This document shows, in pieces, positions 12,660-26,460 of a DNA stretch of 64,000 nt (within the stretch, counting starts at the first letter, position 1; the number at the start of each line of letters is the position of its first letter). The DNA lies in assembly GCF_009914755.1 (NCBI RefSeq), contig NC_060939.1, one strand, 5' to 3'. The translations under genes were made by a program, and so were the position numbers. Source of the DNA: the human T2T-CHM13v2.0 reference genome, Homo sapiens. A model generated the notes under the pieces. The model was not told where the DNA came from. It ran no database searches and saw only the letters and a program-made list of their open reading frames with translations.

Positions 12660-14470
12660 CAGAGCAACCTTAATCAAAATCCCAATCAGAATATGGGATG
12701 AATTTAGTTTATTCTAAAGTTTATCTAGCGGCCGGGTAGGGTGGCTCATGCCTGTAATCCCAGAACTTTGGGAGGCCAAGGCAAGAGGATCACTTAAGCT
12801 CAGCAGTTCAAGACCAGCCTGGGAAACTTGGAAAAACCCCACCTCTACAAAAAACACAAAAATTAGCCAGGCGTGGTGGACCCTACTACTTGGGAGGCTG
12901 AGGTGGGAGGATCACTTGAGACCAGGAAGTCAAGGCTGCAATGAGCCGTGTTTGCACCGCTGCAATCCAGCCTGGGTGACAAAGTAAGACAGTCTCAAAA
13001 AATAAATTAATTAAAAAAAAATAAAGCTTATCTATTCAAAGGAATATAGGAGAAAGGTTGGCGGAAAATGAAAAAAGAAGAGGAATGAAGAGGTAATGGC
13101 CCTTTAAGATAACTAAGTCTTACCAAAAGCCACCGTAACTTACACGGTAGATAGTGGCACAACAATAAAGCAGTAAATTAGAATGGAGAACCCAGAAACA
13201 CAGAAGAAACACTCAGAACACAGCAGCTACTTAACCCATGACAAACCTGCCAAAACAGAGAGGTCAAAGTGGCTGACTAGGAAATTAGGTTGGAATCGTA
13301 TAAAAAAAAAAAAAACTACATCCACAAATCACACCGTATCTAAAATACATTTTAGATCAAAGAAGAGATGTAAATGTAAAAAAATCGAGACTATCAAGTA
13401 TTAGCAGAATATGCAGGAGGGTGGTTATACACATTAGGGTACAGAAACCCATTCTCTAAGTAAGATACAAAATTCAGGAGTAATTAAAGCAAGCTTGATA
13501 GTTTTAACAATGTAAAATTTCCAAATTTTTACATTGCCAGAGATGTCTTTAAACAAATTCAAAGGACAAGTGGCATCTGAGAGAAAATATCCGCAATATA
13601 TATAGAAAATGAGGAATAACCCTGTGTACCAAGAACACCTAGAAATCAACAAGGAAAAGCTACACAAATCAAGAGAAAAACAGGCAAGGATGAAAAAGAG
13701 AATTAGAAAGAGAAATTCAAATTAGTATTAAGCACAGAAGAAACAGCTTGTTATCATTCACAATTTTTACAAACACAAAATGAAATAAGCTATCACTTCA
13801 CACCCACATGACTGAATGAAACACAAAGACTGATCATGTCCAGAGAGTGTCGATGTCCAGAGAGTGTCAGTGGGGACACCGCTGCCCCACACACTAGCAT
13901 CATTTAGAATGGTCACCACCTGTCAAGAGAGCAATTTGGCAATATCTGTTGACACTCTGAATGCCCAAACCATTCAGCCCTGCAAGTCCACTTCTAGGAA
14001 TCTATGCTACGAAAACAACCCCACGCAGATGCAAGGGTTTAATGTACGAGACTCCACCTGTCAGCATTCTCCGTGAGTGTGAAAAACGGAACCCAAAAGT
14101 TCAATAAGTAAACAGTCACATATTATGCAAGCGTCAGAATAATGCTGCTTGCGCAAAGGACAAGGGAGCATCTCTAAGACACACAGCTGGTGAGCGGATC
14201 GAAGTGCAAATCTTATTTACAGTAGGATCCCACTTTGTTGAAAAATACTTTTAAAATATGTATGTATTTAAAAGACAAGTAAAATATGTTCACAGACAGA
14301 AAAGAAAATGGGAGGAATCGCCACCAAACTGTGAACAATGATTATCTTTGTGGGCACTGAATGGGGCAGTGGTGAAGTTAGGGGGAAGCTTTCATTTTCT
14401 ATTCTACATGATGCATTTCTGTAAAGTTCTAATCTTTATAATTAGTACATCTGAATTTCATAATCAGAAA
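12660..14470 (+). mobile_element. Ancient L1 (L1ME/L1M-like) ORF2-end and 3'UTR fragments
   Basis: aatcaaaatcccaa..., gagaacccagaaac, gagcaatttggcaatatct, ccacttctaggaatcta; A-rich sense strand. Confidence 0.7.
12730..13022 (+). mobile_element. AluJ inserted in the old L1
   Basis: Alu body; TSD taaagtttatcta (12715-12727) and taaagcttatcta (13022-13034). Confidence 0.92.
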
Positions 14471-14653
14471 CAGATATTTAAAGGATCTCAAGATCTGTGT
14501 TATATAGATCTATCATATGTTAGGCGCCACCCCCGTTGATGGAGCCAGGGTCCTTCTCAACTCCAAATTCCACTGCCAGAAAAATGGCAGCTTTCTTCTC
14601 CAGAGATACAAGATAATTGCGAGAAGGCAAAATTTTTTAAAACAGAGACATCA

Positions 14654-14790
14654 AGCCAGGTACAGTGGCATGTACCTGTAGTCCCAGCTACTCAGGAGAC
14701 CGAGGCAGGAGGATTGCCTGAGCCCAGGAGTTCAAGTCCAGCCTAGAGACAACATAGCAACACCTCCATCTCAAAATGCAAAACAAAAAC
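14654..14790 (+). mobile_element. Free Alu monomer (FLAM-like)
   Basis: Single arm agccaggtacagtggcatgtacctgtagtcccagc...ccatctcaaaa. Confidence 0.8.
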
Positions 14791-14942
14791 TACAGATGGC
14801 AGATCTATTTAATGATTAGCTCTGGTGGGGAGCGCTGCCCCTCAGACCTTGACCTACCCAAGCAGCCTCTAGTTGTTAAAGACTTCTCAGTATTGGAGAA
14901 TAAAACAAAATAGACAAGCACTTTAAAATTCACCAGAAGTTA

Positions 14943-15251
<309 letters not shown>

Positions 15252-15990
15252 TCACCAGAAGTTCCCAAGGAATTTGCTTCCACACATAGAAAATAATCGA
15301 GTCCGTTTTTCTGAAAACATGCTTTAAAGTCCAATTGTGGGGAATTGATGTAGATGGTTCCATTTTAACTTCTTCAGCCAGAGGAAATCTAAAAATTCTT
15401 CCTTCCAGCTCAACAGAGCAAATCCACCTACTGCTCTGCAAAAGGAGGACAAAGATCCTCCTGGGGCCACAGAATTCAGCAGCTTTTCCTTGGATTCCTA
15501 GGACAACCAACAGCTGTGGGACACTAGGCCAAGCTTCAAAAGGCAGCCTGCCAGCCATCGGACTCCCAGGTACCTGTGGAGTCCTAGGTGGTTGAGGAAC
15601 TGGGGGAGGGCTTGGTTTCAACCTATTTGCCAAATCACCAGCAAAACAAGACATGTTCAAAAGAAACAAGTGCACATAAATAAGCCAGGGCTCTACTCCC
15701 CAGCCCATCAGGTCACCGGCCCAGCCCCTCAGTGTGCTGGTGAGCAGGACAATCAGAAAAGGCCTCTCTTCCTGGAATAACTAACAGTCTCTCACCATCC
15801 CCACTCCCACTGCCCGGTGTGTCATGGGAAGTCTCTGAAATTCAGGTTTGGGAAATCAGTTGACATGAACCACAACATAATATTAGATGTCTGATTAAAA
15901 TCATCAAGATGATACAAAGGTCTAATCGCAGAGGTGCTCTCCACTCCCAACCCCCACATCAAGTAGAGCTTTCTCTCCTTCAAATCAGAC

Positions 15991-16290
<300 letters not shown>

Positions 16291-16511
16291 TTCAAATCAG
16301 ATTTCTAAGGAGCCTAACAAGTAGCAGGCCTTTCCAGCTACAGCACATGGAAGTAACAAAGGTAGCCTCAGCCAGCAACCAGCGCAGCCCCAGCAGACAG
16401 GGATAATGAAGCGGGCATGGGCCTCACGGGAGGGAATACTGTCCCCCACCTCCACACCATGCTAGTGAGAAAAACAGACTGCCTGCAGCTCCAAAACATA
16501 CAGCAACTTAC

Positions 16512-16601
16512 CCATAAAACAGGGACCTCTGACGCTTCACATTATCAGGTAAGAAATGTTTCTTGCCCAGCAGCCCCCAGAGGATGAACAGCTCCCTCCA
16601 C
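16512..16601 (-). CDS. Candidate internal exon (90 nt, WRELFILWGLLGKKHFLPDNVKRQRSLFYG)
   Basis: Acceptor cttcccctttcag|G and donor GG|GTAAGT; symmetric phase-2 exon, open in one frame. Confidence 0.4.
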
Positions 16602-19191
16602 CTGAAAGGGGAAGAGGGCCCAAGCTGCAGGCGCCCTGGCCTATCGAGGCCGTGGACAGGAGGCACCTGAATGTCTCCCCAGACCCCACCCTGCTGCAGA
16701 GGCATCTGCAGCCCATCACCCTGCAGCGCTGCTGTTCCCGCTCCTTCTTGGAGAACAGGGGCAATTTAATCTAGAAATCCTATAAATCCTTGTAAAAAAA
16801 AAAAAAAGAAGGGTAAAATAAAACGTCCGCACTAGCAAGGCTGGGACTTGGCATCAGCTGCCACCTCCTATAGAACCCAGTGGGGAGTGGGCTCCAGAGC
16901 CTCCACATGACGCTGGCGGTGCCTCGGCCAGACACCTGCCCCCGCCACCCTCCTGCGTCCTCACTGCACCCCTCCCCACCCCATGTCACATCTTCTGCTC
17001 ATACCTCCCCACACCCTCCTCTCGCCTCTGGATGCACCCCTCAACACACCCCTGACCGCGTCTTCCTCCCATGCTCTGAACTGTCCACTAGGGAAGCCAG
17101 CTGCAGAAATCACTCTCCTAGAATTCACTTGGTAAAATATGTGTTGTTATTGGCCCACCTACTTTGCTCCCAACCCACAGCAAGGGCTCTCCAGGGCTAC
17201 CAAGCCCCTAATGGTCAGGAACTGCCCCCCAACCCCCATCTCCAGCTCTGACCTACACAAACTACATAATCCTGCTGCCAAAAACTTGGCCCTCCCTATG
17301 CCCAGGGTGCCACACTCCAGGCTGGCCCTTCTGCCGAGAGGGCTCTTCTGGCCTGGGCTCTGAAGGGGCAAACCCACCCACTCTTCTAGGATGGGGTCCA
17401 TGATCCACCCCAACCTACCGTGGGGCTCTCACATCTTCCAGATTGTGCCTCTCTAGGAGGGCCTTGGACCCAGAGCCAGAATGGGGCTCTGATGCCATTG
17501 CACATTCTCCAGCAACCCCTTCCATGCCCTCCCTCCTGATCCCACCCAGCTCTAAACTGGGAACAAGAAAGCTGGAATATAGTAGCTGCTTGGAAAATAC
17601 CTACTGAGTGCATGGGTGGATAGATGGACAGTGCTCCAGGCAAAGGGACTCGGGGGTAAGAAAAGTGAAGGGTACCTGCTCCCGGTTGTACCACTGCAGA
17701 GTCCCTGAGTGTCAAAGGACTGAGAGGTGAATGACGGGACGGGCAAGGTGAGACCTACCAGGTTAGCGTCCCGCACCCCTTTGTTTCCACTATTAGATTA
17801 AGCCACCCTATGTGATGGATAAAAGGAGCAACACATACAAGGAGTTAGGCCAGGGTTGCCAAAGTGAGGGGTGGGAATGCTGCCAGTCCAGGGGTCCCCC
17901 ACGGCAGCTCCCCAAATGAAGTCAAGACAAGTTGGAGATGAGGCTGCCTCTAGGTGTATCAAATCAACTGAAGTAGCACCAGTCCTCAGTGCTGATTAAG
18001 CACAGGCACGCCTGTGATCAAGAAGAAAACCATTACTTAATAAAATGCAATTAATTTAGAAGCTGAAAACTGCGAAAGCCCAAGGGAAAGACACAATCAG
18101 GAGTTCTTGGTCTGGAGGGGCTTCTGCTCTCAAAGCTTCCAACCCAACACAGCACAAAGACGTCTTCCCCAACAACCACACATCCCACCTGCAAAACGAT
18201 GACATGCTCCTCTCCAGGTACCTGAACCTTAGGACTCAAAGGGTAGAGAAAGTTCACAGGCAGAATCTTCACAATACATGCACAAAAGAAAGGCACTTCT
18301 AGTAGGAGCTGTGGGTCAGGAAAACCTCGATTTCACCCAATGCCATTCCCGAGAGAATCAACCATCAATGTGACCCATTCAGTCCTGCCTCAGGGGCTCA
18401 GAATCTAGCAGTCAGGCCAGGTGGGAAGTGCAGGGACCTGTGGCCAAAATCGGTCCATTCATCACTCAGCTGACAGCTTTCACGCGTACCAGCCAGAATC
18501 AGTTAGAGGCTGGAGGTAGTGCCAAGTGTCTGAAACCCAGCAGGCAGGTTGGTAAAACACTCACACATCCTAACCCTGGTGACTGCACTGACTGACTGCT
18601 TTCCTGTAGCAGAACAGTTGCACACATCTCATCTCCTCCATCCATAATAACTCAGTGGCTGGTGAGGAATGGGACACAGACCTCCACGTGCCCTTCTTGG
18701 GATGAGTCAAGACAAACTCTGAGCAGTGACGCTCTACAGCTGGCTCACACGTGCAGGCAGAGCCTGGCTTCCCAGAGCTTCCAGTTCCTAACACATGCCT
18801 GGCCCCACTGCACCACACCCGTGACAGCTGCCACCAGCTCCGGATAATTCAGACAGATGCTAGAGCACATGGCTCACTTATTACACCAAAAGACTGAGAA
18901 ACAGAAACTGTGTTTTAATTGCACAATGCACACACTTGCTTCCAGAGAGACCTGAGAAATCCATCATCCCTAAATGCATGCGGTTACTCAACTAGTGGCT
19001 TTACTATTTTTGAAACAATAGATTTTTCCAAGACAGCTGATAATCAAACCAACTGCGGGAAACCATAAACGATACTTGTTTATTAAATTAAGAACACATA
19101 CAACAGTTCAGAGGAATCCATATTTAGAGCTGCCTTGCTGGAGAATCAATTCCAGGAATGCCAAACCAACCAAATGAAAAAAATTATATAT

Positions 19192-19194
<3 letters not shown>

Positions 19195-19247
<53 letters not shown>
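19195..19247. repeat. (CA)n microsatellite, about 26 units
   Basis: Pure AC run. Confidence 0.97.
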
Positions 19248-19249
<2 letters not shown>

Positions 19250-19742
19250 TGCGTCACTTAATGACAGGGATGTATTCTGAGAAATTTATCATTAGGCAAT
19301 TTCATCATTATGAGAACATCATAGAGCATACATTATACAAACCTACTACAACACACTAGGTTATAGGGTACAGCCTACTGCTCCTAGGCTGCAAACCTAG
19401 GCAGCATGTTACTGTGCTGAAGGTGTGTATCTAAACATAGAAAAGGCACAAAGTTAAAATATGCTATAAAAGATAAAACATGGTGCCCCTGTCTAGGGCA
19501 CTTTCTATGAATGGACCTTCCATGAATGGAAGTTGCTCCGGTGAGTCAGTCTGTACACTAGTGCAGACTTTATAAACATTGTACAGTTAGGCTACATTTT
19601 TTTAAAAAATAAAGTAACTGCACTACAACTTTACGACAATGTCACTAGGCAATAGGAATTTTTGAGCCCCATGATATTCTTATGGGACCTCTGTCATATA
19701 CGCTATCACTCACAAAAACAATGTCATGTGATGCATGACAGT
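19246..19742 (+). mobile_element. Tigger3/MER7-type Tc1-mariner non-autonomous element
   Basis: atgcgtcacttaatgacagggat..ttctgagaaat...gctcctaggctgcaaacct...gcatgacagta termini. Confidence 0.88.
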
Positions 19743-21468
19743 ACATATGTATCTCAACTGAAAATCCTAAATGTCAGTAGTGTTCTCTGACTCACTATTT
19801 ACTAGTAAGTTTCCTCAGAACTGTCTTTGCCTGAGAGTTTCACAACCAAGCGTCTCTCTGCACAGTTGATTCTAGGGACAAGAAGTGCTAAGAATCCATG
19901 TTGGCTTCAAGTGCAAAATGGAAAACACCTTAGTGTCCCACCAACCATGTTAGCCACCTTCCTGGAGGGCAAGCTCCCACGCCCTTTCCCCATCGCTGTG
20001 AAGAGCTCACGTCATCTGTGGCATTTCCATAACTCTCCGATGCCAGCCATCAGTCTCTCAGCACGTGTTGAAAATTAGCCCCTGTACTTGCCCACCAATG
20101 GTCATAAGTCCTAGTCATGCCCACCCCGTTAAAAACAAATCTGATACAAAATGGGCCCCAGCAGGAGACAGAGAGAAAACATGGGCCTCACACTCTCTCC
20201 AGCTCAGGCTCAAAGGCCAGCACTGCCCCGTCACAGCAGAGTGCTCTTAGGCAACCCATAGCTCAGCTACCTGTCCCCAGCCTCCTCGTCGCGAAGTTAA
20301 GACAAGACCTGCCTTCTGGATTTGTAGGGAAATTATTTAAAATGACAAACAAAGAGGGATGGAACTCAACACACAGAATTGCCCGATGATGCGTGTTTCA
20401 TTCCAGTGGTTTCGCCATGAAAACCATCTTTAAATGTTGGAGTGTTTCCGTTTCCAGACAACTAGAGATGAAAATATTTCCACAGTCACTCAACGCAGGT
20501 ATCTCAACCACATATTTTTTTCTCTTAATTTTGATCCTTGAAACACAAAACAACAGATGCACCACCTTACATTAAAACAGCCCTTTAGAGTTTATGACAG
20601 GCCTCCTCTGCATTCTCTCACTAGGCCGTAGCTGTAACTCACAAACCTGACCCTTAAAACTCCCAGGACAATAAGAGAAGCCACACCATGGAGTCCTTGC
20701 TATCATAAAATATCTCGCATCAGTTCAATATCGCATCTCGTCTGTGCCTCAAAACAACCACAGGCAAGAGGCCTCATGCGCACATTGCAGATGCTGAGAA
20801 AGACTCTCAAGCCAGAAGACTGGCCCTGGACCCCAGGGTTTAGTGGCAGGGCCAGGCTGGAACTGAGCTCCTGTTACTCCAAATCCCATCCTCTTTTCTG
20901 ACCTCCCAGTCCCTTTCTCATAAAACCAAAGCATCTTCTCCAACCAGGCCAGGACACACGCAGGAGAGAGTCAAGCAGGAGGAGGCTTCTGGAAGGGAAA
21001 GCAGAGTGGCTGAGAGCCCTGGAACAGAGTCTGACATTAGGTACAAGACAAGTTTGGAAAGATCCAGATGGAGTGGGAAGGGAATCTGGGCGTGGGGGTG
21101 CCTCCTTCCAAAGTGCATCCACATCCGAGGTGACTGCAGGGAGACGCAGCGCTGACTTTGGCAGCAGGGACCACCTGGGTGCAGAGAACCCAAACAACTG
21201 AAAATCCAAAAAGGAATCTCAGTGCACAATAAGAAAGCTCATTCTTTGGGCTGGTTACCTTCCCAAACACGTTCTCCTCTGGCCTATGTGAAACTGACGT
21301 TGCACAGTACAACTCTGCAGCTCTTTCCTGACTGCCCACTGAGTAAGGGTCTGTGCTACATTCTAGGAGGATCCAAAGGTGAACACAGCTGGGTTCCAGC
21401 TCTGGGACTCGGGAAAAGGAGGCACAGGGAGCAGGACATGTGCTGCAAGGAGACTACTGCTCCCGTGT

Positions 21469-22080
21469 TTCATTCACTCACTCATCCAACAACAGCACTA
21501 AGGCTCTGCTGTGTGCCAGGCACTTTTCTAGCTACTGGGGATCCAGAGGTGAACAAAGTCTTTTACATTTGAGTGATAAGAGACTGACAATAAACAAACA
21601 AGTACATAAATAACACACTGAATGTTGAGTACTAAGGAGAAACACAAAGCAAGGTTAACAAGAGAAGGGGAAGTAACGCTAATTTATGCAGGGCCATCAG
21701 GGAGCCGGCAATAGGTGAGGGGCTGGCCAGGTGGGCATCTGGGGGTGGCTGATGCCAAGGGGGTGGGAACAGCAGGTGCAAAGGCCTGGAGGCAAGAGTG
21801 GCCTGGCAAATCCGAGGACCAAGGGATAAGACGAAAGAGCCTACATTCAGTTAGGATCTCCGGGATGGACATGGGCCAAGATGACAGGTGGGGATGGGGT
21901 GGGGACAACCCAGGGCAGATCTGGGCAATGAGCCTGTCTGCCTGGAGCCAGGAGAGCCTGGAGGGACCATTCTTGGGAGCGAGTGGGAGAATTTGAGAAA
22001 AATCAGGCCGAGACACATGGATGTGGAGGGAGCACTGGAAAGCCACTGAAGGCCTGGGCAATGGTGTGTCACCATTGGGC
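21469..22080 (-). mobile_element. L2 3' fragment
   Basis: cattcactcactcatccaac...tgtgccaggcact...aaaggcctggagg...ggaaagccactgaagg. Confidence 0.65.
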
Positions 22081-24438
22081 CTGGGCCAACTTGCACAGCC
22101 CAACCTGGGAAACCTCACAGCCGGCACAGAAATCATAAAGCACACAGCAATGGCACCCCACCAGTACGCAGGGTTCCACAGAGAGAGCCTGGCTGCACGA
22201 CCTTGAGGTCACCTAACTCCCGGGCCTCCCTTGTGTGTCTGGACAGGGAGAGAGGGGAGGATTGGCTTCAGGAGAGGCGAGAAGCGACAGTGCCCATGAC
22301 AGCTGACTCAGCCTGTGCCAGCAGGCTGCTCTGAGACATGAGCTGGACCCAACCCAGGCGGTGGGCAGCAGAGGGGTGGGGAGGAACTCTGGGAAAGGAA
22401 AGAGCCGGAGAAGCCTCTCTGTGGGCGCTCAGGCCAACCACCATCCAAGGGAACATTGAGCACCCCCAGCCCCTGCCAGGCACACAGGCTGCCTCCTGGT
22501 GAGCAACCATCTCAAACTTGACCTACACTGCAGAGGCCTGCCTGGTCATCAGTGGCTACCTTACACCCTACCTGTGTCTCCATGTTCCTAGTCCTCACGG
22601 CCACCTGGCAAGGGTGAGGAACTGAGACTGGGTTGAGGACACACAGCCTGTGAGTGGTACAGCCAGGGCCGCCACCCAGGCCCAGAGCTCTCTCCGTTTC
22701 TCTAAGGACCAGGCTGAAACGCAGGGCATGTGATCTCTGCCGAAGACATTGAAGCCACCCAGTGATGTGTGCAGGGCCTCGATCCCCACCGACCGCCAGT
22801 CCTGTCCTCCCCTGGACAGTAAAGGTTTCTCCAAGACTTCAGACCATGGTGTCACCTGAGGCCCACACCTGTTAAGTCACTGGGGCAGGTATGCGTGGCA
22901 GAGGACAGCGAGGAGTGCCGGAGAGGAGCTGAGGCCTGGAGGGGGCCTCTTCAGCCAGGTTCAACCCCCACTCTCCCCACTCCAACAGCCCTCACTGCAG
23001 CCACCGCGGCCCAATCCAAACAAAGCCCAGCCTTATGCCAACCTCACTATCAACTGTTTTTCCTCTGACTTCCTCAGTTTTGTCTGGGAAAAATCAAGGT
23101 GTCTTATCCCATCTCTAAGCTTCCAGGGGTGTGATCAGTGTCTTTTACAATTACCTTTTACTTTTATCCAGCATTTCTTAGCTCAGTTGGCAAACTGGAT
23201 ATTTATGCAGCTCCATTTCACAATCCATCCCCACCAATTATTCCTGTGAAACTAACATTTTGATTTTTTTTTTTTTAAAGGTTAGAGCTACTTAAGAAGG
23301 TTATGTAAACAAGTTAACCAGCAGGCCACAACTTGGGTCTGGGGTGTCAGAGAAAACATGCAAGGTGGAAGAGAATGAGGAGCTGACGGTCACCAGCTTT
23401 ACCTCCTTCCAGCACCCACTCCTGCTCACACACACTCACACTCCGTGGGACTCAGCCTGCAGCTTCTCCCAGCCCAAGAGCCAGACAGTGGGGACGGGCA
23501 CAGACCGCACTTCCTAACAAATGAGAGGGAAGACTTGGTGCCCCATTGCTACTGCCATCACCCAGTCCCAGCCCAGCCAGGGAGCCCACTCCAAGGGCCC
23601 CCCAACAGTACTGCTAGAGCCCACCGAGGGCTGCCGGCACACAGCTGCAAGGTCCAGCTTTATCTGCTCACGCCCTGGACACTGCCCGGAGCCCCAGCAA
23701 GTTCCACGTGTCCTTAACACCCCAGCCCTCCTGCCCCGCAGTTCCTAAGCTCAGGAGACCCTCTCCAGCCCAGGCTGAAGGGGGAGGCAGCCCCCACGGT
23801 CACCCAGGAATCAGCGCAGAGTGCAGGGCATCCTGGACTCCCCGGACTGGGAAACCCAGTTCCTGTCCCCCTGCGTAGTGGCCACACCTCTGGGAGGGGA
23901 GAAACCCCTGCCTCACCTCACTGGAGGGACCCTGACCCAGAGGCCTGAGAAAAAGCCACCTGCAGGCTCCTGGCAACTGCCAACCTGAACCTTAGGAAAA
24001 CTTGTCCCACTTCAACCTGCAAAGCTCTCAGATCATTATTTCTAAAACCACTGTCCTTTCTCAACGAGGAAGAAAATAGAAACAAACAAACAAAAGCAGA
24101 AAGAGGCACAGGAGGTTGAAGAGGCCAGAGGCAGTTTAGCCCAAAAACAAAGTGCCAGACGCAAGATGCGAAGTTTGGGGCGCTTCATCCACCGCATGCC
24201 CGTTTAAGAGCTGACTGCACTCAACCACAGATTTACGTCTGGTGCCTGCCAGGTCGTATCTCAAGAGATCTGAAAAAATAAGCCTTTCTTCTGCCAATAA
24301 ATACTAAGACTAGCAGGCCCCTCTAAGGCTCTGCTCTCCACTGGGGTACCGCAGGACAGGCCCCTCGGCGGGCGTTCCCCGCACCCTCCCTCCGCGTCGG
24401 CCCCGGGGAAAGGAAGTTCACCCCTCGCCTGGGCTTAC

Positions 24439-24628
24439 CAATGCCCGCCGCCCGACCCATGGAGCCCTGCTTGGGGACTGGGGGCCTCGATGTTCTCCTT
24501 CACCATCTGCGGCCAGATCTCCCTCCAGCAGCCTTGCCAGGCAGTGCCTGGCCTGGAGAAGGGGCCCTGCCCCTTCCGGGGCAGGTCTCCGGGAGGGGCA
24601 GGTCCGCGGCGTGCCTCCAACCCGGCGC
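24439..24628 (-). CDS. Candidate exon 2 with first ATG at 24506 (MVKENIEAPSPQAGLHGSGGGH)
   Basis: Donor TTG|GTAAGC at 24439/24438; acceptors ctgcag| at 24628 or ccccttctccag| at 24552; ATG context cagATGG. Confidence 0.35.
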
Positions 24629-25204
24629 CTGCAGCCCCGGGGCAACAAGGTGTGGGGTTTTTAATTGAGAAGTTTTTCTCTCTGGGCCTTATTATACAGG
24701 AAAAGGGAAGGGGCGAAGATCCGGGCTCGGGTTCTCCCGGGGAAGCGAACCCAGAGGCGACCCCAAACTCAGTAGTTGCCGCCCAGCTCGGGGACTTGAT
24801 GCCGGCGTCAAGCGGGGCAGCGGAACGCACCAGCGGCCCGGCCAGCCCAGCGAGATCCGAGCGGGCGGCCCCGCCAGACAGCGCCACTTGCCCGCGCCGA
24901 GAGTGGCCCCTCACCGCGGTGAGCCCCTCCCGGGATGCGAGAGTATTGCCTGGTCCCCGCCGCACCCGCCCGCCTGTCGTGGGAGGAGGATGGGCCGGTC
25001 CGAGAGGCGTAGGCCAGCCGGGCTGCACCCCTAGATCCCAGCGGCGGCCTCCCCGCAGCCCCGCCGAGTCCGGGGGGCAGCGCTCGGGAGCTCTTGGCCT
25101 GCAGCTTCCGCGCCGCCCCCCACGCGTCGGGGTCCCCGCGGCGCCGCGGGCGGCCCCAGGTTGCCGCCGCCAGGGAGTCAGGCAGCCAAGGTTCCCCAGC
25201 TTAC

Positions 25205-25335
25205 CTGGCCAGGGCGCGGGGCTGCCCCGGTCCGCCGCCGTCCTCGCCCCGCAGCCGCCGGCTCCGTCCGGGAGGCTGAGCTCCTTGAGAGCCCGCACGT
25301 AGCGGCACACCGCGACTGCTAATTAGCCCGGAAGC
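25205..25335 (-). ncRNA. Candidate first exon (5'UTR) of a CpG-island transcript; lncRNA or unrecognised gene
   Basis: Strong donor CCAG|GTAAGC at 25205/25204 just downstream of ETS and NRF1 motifs; TSS position is a guess. Confidence 0.5.
25328..25334 (+). promoter_or_regulatory. ETS/GABP-type motif CCGGAAG
   Basis: Core match inside the CpG island near the inferred TSS. Confidence 0.5.
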
Positions 25336-25398
25336 TGAATAGCGGCGGGTACATACCGCAAGCGGAGTACGGAAAGCACGCAGGGCTGCCGCTACCTG

Positions 25399-25409
25399 GC
25401 GCACGCGCA
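25399..25409. promoter_or_regulatory. NRF1 motif GCGCACGCGCA
   Basis: Matches GCGCNNGCGC in a promoter-like position. Confidence 0.65.
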
Positions 25410-26437
25410 CTGAGCTGCGGCTGCCGAGCCCGTGCCCCGGTCCCTGCCGCTTTACCTCACCCGCTCTTGGATCACTGGGGCCGGGAAACGCTTCCCGGCG
25501 ACACCGCGCGCGGGGAAGAGAGGGAAGAAAAAGATGCGTCCGTGCCGGGCGTTCACGAGGCCCTGCGGCCCCTGGCCCCGGCACTGGGACATCGGCAGGG
25601 CGGGCGGGTGCACCCAGGACCCGGGTCCAGCCGGGAGGATCTACGGGACCGGGGCTGGAACCCAGACGTTGGACGGCTCAGCGCCCCGAACGTCCCGGGC
25701 CCTGGGGAGCACACAGATGCCCGAAGCACGTCCCGGCCTTGCTGGCTGGGGAGTTGCAGGGGTCTGGTCTCGCGGGTAAAGCCGGTGAACGCGAGGCTCC
25801 GCATCCTGCCCCGGCCGCGGCGCTGCGCCCTGCTCGCTCTGCCCGGTGCAGCTGTAAGCGGGGACCTTAGAGCTAGGAACCCTCGGGGATCGCGGCCTCC
25901 GAAAGCCCCATCGGGCAGGGGAGGCCCCCTGCTGCCTCCCCACCGCAGCACCCCTAGGCGCATGCTGGACTCCAAGTCTTCCCTGCTGGTCCCCAGTAAC
26001 CACCCTAGCACCCCATTTCTGATACTCTGCTGCTTTAGCCCCCAGCCCCAGGGCCTCACTCCAGGCCTTTCTCTCCTTGCTGTCCTGAATGGAGAGGACC
26101 CTGACCTCCGCGGGGCCCTGGGGAGCACACACTCCCAGACACTCACACACATCCCCAGGAGAGCCGGTCTTCCGCCCCCACAGCGCGAGAAATCGAAATC
26201 CCCTGGAGGCCCTGGGCGAAGGTCGTGCTGGAGACTCCGGTGTCACCTTCGGCCCTCTGGCCCTTTCATTGAGTCCCAGGCAGATGTGGTAAGCCGTGGG
26301 AGAGGCACAAGGTGCCTAGTCTGTGCAGAGTGGGACCTCAGCTGCCTCGCTCCCCCAAATCCTGGTGATTTGCCCTCGTTTTCTTTTCTCCTTGTGGCTG
26401 GACTAGGCGAAGCTGTGGCATGGGAAGTTCTGAAGAC

Positions 26438-26460
26438 GGGGGGGGGCGGGGGGGAGGGGG
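26438..26460 (+). other. G-run cluster (G9-C-G7-A-G5), G-quadruplex potential
   Basis: gggggggggcgggggggaggggg. Confidence 0.6.

Larger units (their letters stand above)
24350..26260. promoter_or_regulatory. CpG island and probable promoter
   Basis: About 1.9 kb of dense CpG and very high GC against CpG-depleted flanks. Confidence 0.92.

Noticed and set aside
13836-13868. 17-bp tandem duplication, and a 13-bp repeat at 241-272
   Set aside because: Ordinary slippage micro-duplications.
23917-24060. Additional minus-strand exon ending GAG|GTGAGG
   Set aside because: Good donor and polypyrimidine tract, but the first AG is GAG and the 5' boundary is ambiguous; noted only as a possible alternative exon.
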